Under the pieces are notes generated by a model. It ran no database searches. It was not told the DNA's origin and was given only the letters and a program-made list of their open reading frames with translations. Shown piece after piece: positions 56,875 to 64,000 of a DNA stretch of 64,000 nt. This DNA comes from Candidatus Zixiibacteriota bacterium. Lineage in GTDB: Bacteria > Zixibacteria > MSB-5A5 > GN15 > JAAZOE01. The stretch lies in the NCBI GenBank assembly GCA_041394985.1, contig JAWLBI010000001.1, forward strand, positions 4,292,855 to 4,356,854, in the 5' to 3' direction. Each line of letters begins with the position of its first letter. The stretch's first letter is position 1. The translations under genes were made by a program, and so were the position numbers.

Positions 56875-58551
56875 ATGACTATGTTTTGCTATCAGTGCGA
56901 ACAATCCGCCAAAGGCACCGGCTGTACCGCTATCGGTCAGTGCGGAAAAGACCCCGAAACTGCTGCGCTCCAGGATATCCTGGTTTGGTCGGCCCAGAGA
57001 ATTTCTCTGTACGCCAACCACTTACATAAACTCAATAAACGCGACAAAGAATTGGATATTTTTGTCGTCGAAGCCCTCTTTACGACCGTGACCAACGTCA
57101 ACTTTGACCCCGCGCGTCTGAAATCCCTCATCGAAAAAGCCGACACCTTACGCAAAAAAGCACGAGACCTGTATGAGACTGCCTGTAAGGAAACGGGCAC
57201 GACTCCTGTAAACATTAAGGACACCGGCACCTTCGATCCGCTCGCGGCACTTCTTAACCCGACCAAATCATCACTGCCCGTCGGCATTGAAACCCGCCGC
57301 GCGGCCTTCGGCGATGATATCGCCGGCCTTCGCGAACTCGTTATGTACGGTCTGAAAGGCATGGCCGCCTATGCCGATCATGCATTGGTTCTCGGCCGGG
57401 AGGATGATGCCGTTTATGCCTTTATCCATGAAGCTCTGGATACCCTGACCAATGTCGACCTGACCGCCGACGAACTCACCGCCCTCGCCTTGAAAACAGG
57501 CGAAGTCAACATCCGTGTCATGGAATTACTCGATGATGCCAATACCGGTACGTATGGCCATCCGGAACCGACTCGGGCTCTGGTTACAGTCAAAAAAGGC
57601 AGGGCGATTCTAGTGTCGGGGCATGACCTGAAAGACCTCGAGACATTGTTGAAGCAGACTGAAGGAAAAGATATCAACATATACACGCATGGCGAGATGC
57701 TCCCTGCCCTGGCCTACCCGGAACTGAAAAAGTATCCGCACCTTGTCGGCAATTATGGCGGCGCATGGCAGGATCAGCAGAAGGAATTCGAGAATTTCCC
57801 CGGTGCCGTATTGATGACGACCAACTGTATTCAAAAGCCGCGCTCATCATATGCTGGTCGAATTTTCACAACCGGCCTGGTCGCCTGGCCGGGTGTGATG
57901 CATGTGCCGAATGACGATTTTACACCAGTCATCGACGCTGCACTCGCAGCCGATGGATTCACCGAGGACGAACCGGAACGGTACATCACAATCGGATTCG
58001 CCCGCAATGCCGTCCTGCAGGTGGCCGACAAAGTCATCGATGCAGTGAAGGCAGGGGCGATCAAACATTTCTTCCTGGTCGGTGGATGCGACGGCGCCAA
58101 ACCGGGACGGAATTACTATACCGATTTCGCCAAAATGGTACCCGAAGATTGCGTTATCCTGACGCTGGCCTGCGGTAAATTCAGATTCAATAAGCTGCCG
58201 TTCGGAGATATCGGCGGCATTCCGCGCCTGCTGGATGTCGGCCAGTGCAATGATGCCTACTCTGCAGTCAAAATCGCCCTGGCGCTCGCCGATGCCTTCG
58301 GCACCGATATCAATGGACTCCCGTTATCGCTCATTCTCTCATGGTACGAGCAAAAGGCCGTCGTTATCCTGCTCAGTCTCCTTCATCTTGGTGTGAAAGA
58401 TATCCGCCTCGGCCCGTCATTACCGGCATTTATCTCGCCGAATGTATTGAAAGTATTGGTGTCCGCATTCAACATCAAGCCCGTTGGCACGGCTGAAGGA
58501 GATCTAAAAGATATTCTCCCGAATGCCCGAATCCAGTCGGTATCGGTATAG
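56875..58551 (+). CDS. hcp: hydroxylamine reductase (hybrid-cluster protein)
   Basis: N-terminal CYQCEQSAKGTGC...GQCGK cysteine cluster of Hcp. 558 aa. Conserved hybrid-cluster ligand regions. Confidence 0.9.
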   Translation: MTMFCYQCEQSAKGTGCTAIGQCGKDPETAALQDILVWSAQRISLYANHLHKLNKRDKELDIFVVEALFTTVTNVNFDPARLKSLIEKADTLRKKARDLYETACKETGTTPVNIKDTGTFDPLAALLNPTKSSLPVGIETRRAAFGDDIAGLRELVMYGLKGMAAYADHALVLGREDDAVYAFIHEALDTLTNVDLTADELTALALKTGEVNIRVMELLDDANTGTYGHPEPTRALVTVKKGRAILVSGHDLKDLETLLKQTEGKDINIYTHGEMLPALAYPELKKYPHLVGNYGGAWQDQQKEFENFPGAVLMTTNCIQKPRSSYAGRIFTTGLVAWPGVMHVPNDDFTPVIDAALAADGFTEDEPERYITIGFARNAVLQVADKVIDAVKAGAIKHFFLVGGCDGAKPGRNYYTDFAKMVPEDCVILTLACGKFRFNKLPFGDIGGIPRLLDVGQCNDAYSAVKIALALADAFGTDINGLPLSLILSWYEQKAVVILLSLLHLGVKDIRLGPSLPAFISPNVLKVLVSAFNIKPVGTAEGDLKDILPNARIQSVSV

Positions 58552-58612
58552 ACTTGGATCGAAGTGACATAACTACTATGCGGTAAAAAACACCCAAGGA
58601 TAAAAACAATAA

Positions 58613-58639
58613 AGGCTCAAAAGGCATTCTTTTGAGCCT
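58613..58639. terminator. terminator hairpin between convergent hcp and response-regulator genes
   Basis: AGGCTCAAAAG-GCATT-CTTTTGAGCCT (11-bp stem), with an A-rich tract on one side and a T-rich tract on the other. Confidence 0.65.
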
Positions 58640-58703
58640 TCATAGTATCGTTCATCGATCATTTCGTTTTCTAAGCCGAGTCCCACATCGGCAGTCAAAC
58701 GAA

Positions 58704-59057
58704 TTATCCGATCGCCTTTTTCACTGCCGCCATGAGTTCTTCTCGGTCTATCGGCTTGTCGAACACCGCCACCGGCTGTCTCACCGCCAGATGTCGACCC
58801 GGTACACCACTGATGATGATGACAGGTATTTTCCCCAGCGTTTCGTTGCGATGCATCTTGCGATAAAAATCGGTTCCGGTGTTGTTCGGCATTTGTAAGT
58901 CGAGCGTGATTAAATCGGGAGATTCTGCCTCCAGTTTCTTCAGCCCTTCCACTCCGTCAACGGCGGTAACCGTTTCATAGCCTTCACTTTTGAACAATGT
59001 CTCGAGATAATTTCTGATATCAAGTTCATCATCGATGATGAGGATTTTTTTCGGCAT
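58704..59057 (-). CDS. single-domain response regulator (CheY-like receiver)
   Basis: The start was chosen at the internal Met (MPKKILIIDDE...). Receiver-domain acidic pocket DDE, phospho-acceptor D in LITLDLQMP, and a conserved K near the C-terminus. 117 aa. Confidence 0.7.
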   Translation of the reverse strand: MPKKILIIDDELDIRNYLETLFKSEGYETVTAVDGVEGLKKLEAESPDLITLDLQMPNNTGTDFYRKMHRNETLGKIPVIIISGVPGRHLAVRQPVAVFDKPIDREELMAAVKKAIG

Positions 59058-59969
59058 ATTTCTCTCCCAGATCCAGATAGTTGAGCCGCGCGGCGCGGAT
59101 ATCGCCGTTCCGCAACCGGCATAAACAAAAATACATCTCCACTTATGCAATGGCAAGTGCTTTCCACGGATTATTCATGATCCGGAAGCGAAAATTCAAT
59201 TTGGGTGGCGGGGATTAGGCGCCGTGCGACCACCCGATAACCCGCTGTCATCAAACCGATAAGACAAATTTTATTTCCCAAAGAAGATAAGTTTTTTGCG
59301 CCTCTCGCCGATAATATACAACAACAGAGGAACTGATCTCAGGGAATTGACGGATGTGTTTTCCGACACATCGAAATGAGATTTCGTCACGGAATGACAA
59401 CCTTTGCCGAAGGAAATAGGAAAGCATGAAAAAACGGCATTATGACAATCCCTCACAACCTGTTCGTCAGAATATGCATTATTCGGCGACATAAAAACAA
59501 ACGCTTTAATTTCGGGGTTTGGCGACGTATTATGTTTGCGGCGATTAAATGGATTGTACCTCTGCCTCGACAGTCGCACTGGGAGAAAAAAGGACTTCAT
59601 GCCGGATGCCTCAGCGGAACGGACCGATGGACGGGACGAATACTGATCAGGCGCCACATCCCCAAATTAAATCGGCGATGCCGTTAATTCATTGAATGAA
59701 GAAAATTTAGAGTCAGGAAAAACATCCATATTTTTTGTTGACTTTAATAGTGATTATTCCTGATTTTCTTATTGGACGACTACGGTCAGGAGAGGACTGG
59801 TATGTCTGTAATCATGGATGATGATTAAATGGAATACATAGAATAAATATACCTGTTAAAAAATGTCATGGATAGGTGAGAAAGGAGTTACGCCTATGGA
59901 CAAATTTGTTAAAGTGATAACTCAAAGGGAAACTTGTCAATACCACTGACAAAGGAGGAGTATTCTAGC

Positions 59970-62918
59970 ATGAAGCCAAAAGTTCTAATCGTGGCGTGTT
60001 TCGTAGCATGCTTAATGGCAGGCCCGATTCTTGCAGCCGTCACCGGTTCTATTACGGGAACCGTGATCGACTCGCAGACCAAAGAGCCGCTGGTCGGTGT
60101 CTCGGTCAGCATCGAAGGTACAAGAATGGGCGCCAAAACCGATGATGAAGGACGTTACAATATTCTTAATGTCCCCGTCGGCACGTACAAACTCATGTTC
60201 AGTTCCATCGGTTATGCCAAGGTGGAAGTCTCCAACGTTCGCGTCTCTGCGGACCTTGCGACATTCCAAAACCGGGAACTGCAGCAGGAAACGACTGAAA
60301 CGGGAAAGGTTATTACCGTAACCGCTGAACGCCCGATGGTCATCAAAGATAAGACCACGTCCGTCAACATTGTTGATCGTGAACAGTTGTTGGCGATGCC
60401 GACCCGCGGATTCGAGCAGGTCGTCGGTATTCAGAACTCGGTCGTTCGTATGAATTCGAACGTTGACGTGCGCCAGCGCGGCGGTCGTGAATCACTCGCC
60501 ACCGCTCCGGAAATCAACCTCCGCGGCGGTCGTCCCTCGGAAGTCGCCTACTATGTCGACGGCTTCTCACAGCAGGACCCGCTCTCAGGTCTTTCGACGG
60601 CGAATATCAACAACAACGCCATTAAAGAAGTCTCGGTATTATCCGGCGCCTTCTCTGCCGAATATGGTCACGTCGCTTCCGGTATCGTGAATGTAACGAC
60701 CAATTCCGGATCAAAGGATTATCATGGAAACTTCGAAGTCGTCAGCGATAATATCGCTTCGCCATTCGGCTATGACAGCTTCGACCAGAACTGGTACTCC
60801 GGTGATGTTTCCGGTCCCGTTCCGGGCCTGGAGAATGCCTATTTCTTCTTCTCCGGCGAACGCCGCTTCCTTCGCGATCGTTCTCCGTCTATCAAAACCA
60901 AGGAAATCTACGAAAAGTTCAATATTGCCGATCGCTATGACGAACCGCAGCGACTGCCCTATAACTCAGTCAGCGGTTGGTCCTATCAGGGTAAATTGAA
61001 CTTCGATTTGACCTCGAATATCAAATTAATGGTCAATGGTAATGGCTCCGTCGATAAATGGCAGGAGTATCGCCATTATATGCAGAACCCGGTCTATGCA
61101 TCTCAAATTGCCCACTCGCCGAAATACGACGACCGCAACCTGGGCATCAACGCCAAGATAACGCATACGATCAGCCCCGAGACGTTCTATAACCTGTCCG
61201 TCTCGTATTTCAGCACCGAGCGCTATCGTGGCGACGGCGTTCTGTTCGATAGTTACAATTCCTACTATCGCACCATCTCCGGCTATGGCGAGCTGGCCAA
61301 CCCGGAATACGATTACTACAACCTGTTCCGCGAACCGGATAGTGTCTATGCCGGTGACCTTGATGAAACGCTGCGCGGTACCGACGACGATACGCTCATC
61401 GGAATCTATGATTCCTACTGGGCCAACTATCTGAAGCGGAAATCGACCTATATCGGGTTCAAGGGAGACCTGACGCATCAGTTCAACTCCCATAACACGA
61501 TTAAGGTTGGTTTTGACTTCCAGCGCCATTCGCTTCGCTATTTCGAAAACCTGGATGCCACAAAGGTCCAGGATTCCACACTGACCGCCCTCGTCAACCG
61601 CTTGAATCGGTACGGGTACGGTTTCGACACACAGGAAGCGGATAATCTCACCTTCTTGAACGATACGAAACACCCGATCAACATCGGTATCTTCGTTCAG
61701 GATCGTTTTGACTGGCGCGGATTCATCGTCAATGCCGGTCTCCGGTATGACTATTTCGACTATAAAGCCTTGAGATTTAAAGACCTCAGCAATCCGTTCG
61801 ACCCCGATCTGACCGGCGACCCGAATCTGGATCGCAGCGATCTCACGGAATCGGAGAAATTCAGCCGCGTCTCGCCGCGACTGGGTATTTCATTCCCGGT
61901 GTCTGAGGAAACGCAGATTTACATCAACTTTGGTAAGTTCTATCAGCGGCCCGACCTGCGCCGTCTCTACGTCGGCTATGACTTCTTCGAGCAGCGCGTC
62001 GATGGCGGTTCGTACTATCCGACCGGTTCACCGAACCTCGAACCGGAAAAGACGACTCAGTACGAATTCGGTATGACGCATCAGTTGTCCGACAATATCG
62101 CATTCGATATTGCCGCCTATTACAAAGACGTGACGGATCTGACGCAGATCTTCCATCTGGCCGCGAATCCGAACTCATATGACATCTATTCCAATACGGA
62201 CTATGGCACAATCAAGGGCTTCGACTTCAGCCTGAACATGCGCCGCACCAGGAACATGAGCATGAGTCTGAAATACTCGCTCAGCTATGCCACCGGTACC
62301 GGTTCGTATGCCAATACGGCCTATAACATTGCCTGGAAGAACACCAGCGGTTATCCGAAACAAACCTTCCCGCTTGATTACGATCAGCGGCACAGTCTTA
62401 TCGGTATGTTCGATTTCCGCACCGGCAAGGGCGAAGGTCCGAAGTTCGGCGACACATACATTTTCGAAAACACCGGTATCAATGCCATTGTGCAGATTGC
62501 CAGCGGTACCCCGTACACGCCGACGCTGCCGTATGATGGTGTAACCGTCAACTCATCAGTCCAGCAGATACCGACCGGCCCGATTAACTCGGCCAATCTC
62601 CCCTGGACATTTGTCGTCGATTTGAAGATCGAACGAGTCGTTACGATCAACAAGATCAATCTGACGCCGTATGTCTGGGTGCGCAATCTCCTGGATACGG
62701 AAAACATTCTGGGCGTATACGAAGGCACCGGTAAGGCCGATGTCTCCGGTTACCTCACAACTGACGAAGGTCAGGTGCGGGCTTCCGAAACGACTCTGGC
62801 CTCGACCGGGCGGACGCGCGGCGAAGAGTTCGTGTACCGCTATGATTTCGGCCAGTCGAATCCTAAAAACTATTCTAATCCCAGGATGATTCTTGTCGGA
62901 CTTAGGATGTCATTCTAA
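59970..62918 (+). CDS. TonB-dependent receptor with N-terminal carboxypeptidase-regulatory-like domain
   Basis: RBS AAGGAGGA. Signal peptide. CarbopepD_reg-like stretch (GSITGTVIDSQTKEPLVGVSVSIEG...DDEGRYNI). Plug and 22-strand barrel pattern. C-terminal ...RMSF aromatic terminus. 982 aa. Confidence 0.8.
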   Translation: MKPKVLIVACFVACLMAGPILAAVTGSITGTVIDSQTKEPLVGVSVSIEGTRMGAKTDDEGRYNILNVPVGTYKLMFSSIGYAKVEVSNVRVSADLATFQNRELQQETTETGKVITVTAERPMVIKDKTTSVNIVDREQLLAMPTRGFEQVVGIQNSVVRMNSNVDVRQRGGRESLATAPEINLRGGRPSEVAYYVDGFSQQDPLSGLSTANINNNAIKEVSVLSGAFSAEYGHVASGIVNVTTNSGSKDYHGNFEVVSDNIASPFGYDSFDQNWYSGDVSGPVPGLENAYFFFSGERRFLRDRSPSIKTKEIYEKFNIADRYDEPQRLPYNSVSGWSYQGKLNFDLTSNIKLMVNGNGSVDKWQEYRHYMQNPVYASQIAHSPKYDDRNLGINAKITHTISPETFYNLSVSYFSTERYRGDGVLFDSYNSYYRTISGYGELANPEYDYYNLFREPDSVYAGDLDETLRGTDDDTLIGIYDSYWANYLKRKSTYIGFKGDLTHQFNSHNTIKVGFDFQRHSLRYFENLDATKVQDSTLTALVNRLNRYGYGFDTQEADNLTFLNDTKHPINIGIFVQDRFDWRGFIVNAGLRYDYFDYKALRFKDLSNPFDPDLTGDPNLDRSDLTESEKFSRVSPRLGISFPVSEETQIYINFGKFYQRPDLRRLYVGYDFFEQRVDGGSYYPTGSPNLEPEKTTQYEFGMTHQLSDNIAFDIAAYYKDVTDLTQIFHLAANPNSYDIYSNTDYGTIKGFDFSLNMRRTRNMSMSLKYSLSYATGTGSYANTAYNIAWKNTSGYPKQTFPLDYDQRHSLIGMFDFRTGKGEGPKFGDTYIFENTGINAIVQIASGTPYTPTLPYDGVTVNSSVQQIPTGPINSANLPWTFVVDLKIERVVTINKINLTPYVWVRNLLDTENILGVYEGTGKADVSGYLTTDEGQVRASETTLASTGRTRGEEFVYRYDFGQSNPKNYSNPRMILVGLRMSF

Positions 62919-62937
62919 AAGATGAGGACACGTAAGA

Positions 62938-64000
62938 TGAAAATAAAACTGCTAGTCTGTTGTTTGCTGGTCCTCCTTTTTACGCTGCCATTGACGGCGG
63001 CGCCGCCGAAAGGAAAAACCAGCAATTATGCTCAGACCATTGAAAATACGACATGGATTGATGCTAACAAAATCCTCATGTTCGTAACCAACCACGGTAA
63101 TTTCGGACGCGACCTTTCGGACTACTTCGGCTATGACTACGGTACATTCTATCCGTATGCCGGAGATCCTGACCCGATCGCCGATGGTGTAGCCGACGCT
63201 GTTCGCTCACCGCTTTATGCCGCGGGTCTCTGGGCCGGCGGTCGTGATTCGGCGACCAACGAAGTCCGCGTTATTATCTCTGAGTATAATGACGAATATG
63301 TCCCCGGTAATATGGAAGGCGGCACATTCGTCCCCGATAATCCTGATTTCAAGATATTCAAAATGACGCCGAACATGGATCCGACGTCACAGATGTATCT
63401 TGACTATATGAGCATCGCCGTCCCGCTGGGCGCCCCGACGAAGGAAGTCAACGGCGAAACGGTTCCGGATATTACCGGCAGCCAGATGCTCTGGGCTGTC
63501 TATAACGACGCCAACCCGGCCCAGCACACCAATAACTCAGGTGAAACCAACCCGATGGGTATCGAAGTTCGCCAGAGCACGTTCGGTTTCGACCGCGAAG
63601 ACGCGCTCGGCGAAATCGTGTTCCTGAAATGGCAGATATTCAATAAAGGCGGCAATACGCTGCAGGATTGCTATTTCTCGGTCTGGTCGGATCCTGATCT
63701 TGGTGGCTCGGGCGATGACCTCGTCGGTATCGACACCCTGCTGTCACTGGGCTTTTGCTATAACGCTAATAACAATGACCAGTATTATGCATCAACGCCT
63801 CCGGCCATCGGATTCGACTTCTTCCAGGGTCCGAAGGTCTTCACCGGAGACGATGCCGATACAGCCAAGGAATTCGGTACGTATTGGCCGCAGTACAAAA
63901 CGCTTCCGGCGGCCTCGTTCAATAAATACATCAACGGTACAGACCCGGACAACTTCGGTGAGACCTACAACTATATGCGCGGCTTACAGGCAGACGGTAA
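62938..64000 (+). CDS. hypothetical secreted protein (3' end outside window), co-oriented with the TonB-dependent receptor
   Basis: ATG at 62938 lies 20 bp after the receptor stop. Signal peptide MKIKLLVCCLLVLLFTLPLTAAP. Open to the end of the window. Confidence 0.5.

Noticed and set aside
59271-59657. 128-aa minus-strand ORF in the AT-rich region upstream of the TonB-dependent receptor
   Set aside because: No RBS. The translation is low-complexity and Lys/Phe-rich, as expected from AT-rich non-coding DNA. It is kept only as a possibility.
59880-59969. Possible cobalamin riboswitch (CCACTG near the RBS) ahead of the TonB-dependent receptor
   Set aside because: Only a 6-nt resemblance to the B12 box is present. 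The surrounding conserved stems and the GGGAAGG-type elements are absent.
1-64000. CRISPR arrays, IS elements/transposases, integrases, tRNA/rRNA genes
   Set aside because: No regularly spaced direct repeats, terminal inverted repeats with transposase ORFs, or RNA-gene-like conserved segments were seen. The window appears to be a stable chromosomal region.

Overview
This 64 kb window is a chromosomal segment of a Gram-negative bacterium, probably an uncultivated anaerobe. No CRISPR array, rRNA/tRNA gene or obvious mobile element is present, and the segment is densely coding on both strands. The supporting signs for the host are TonB-dependent receptor and FadL-like outer-membrane proteins, many lipoproteins with L-x-G-C lipoboxes, multihaem cytochromes, a dockerin-tailed secreted protein and about 52% GC.

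Recognisable housekeeping blocks:
- tig(partial)-clpP-clpX.
- A minus-strand rpmE-DUF1385-prfA...prmC translation-termination operon. It carries an unusual insertion between prfA and prmC: a GNAT acetyltransferase, TldD, PmbA/TldE and a small twin-arginine-signal ORF.
- murQ, folE, hcp, flotillin-NfeD and two MacAB-type split efflux operons.

Accessory content:
- A tandem pair of paralogous secreted 4-Cys proteins with a shared C-terminal transmembrane-plus-basic tail.
- An HMA metallochaperone-like protein with three GCDPAAC repeats.
- A histone-H1-like/SWIB fusion.
- A protein with six HYR domains and a C-terminal dockerin.
- A folE - triplicated PTPS - SDR (tetrahydrobiopterin-type) cluster.
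- A two-gene multihaem module: an octahaem HAO/OTR-like cytochrome plus a membrane-anchored hexahaem cytochrome.

The most striking regulatory observation is a perfect TTGAC-N4-GTCAA (Crp/Fnr-type, HcpR-like) palindrome at class-II distance upstream of both the octahaem cytochrome operon and hcp. This implies a shared nitrosative-stress/hydroxylamine regulon.

All calls are from reading the sequence and ORF translations only; no database searches were run.
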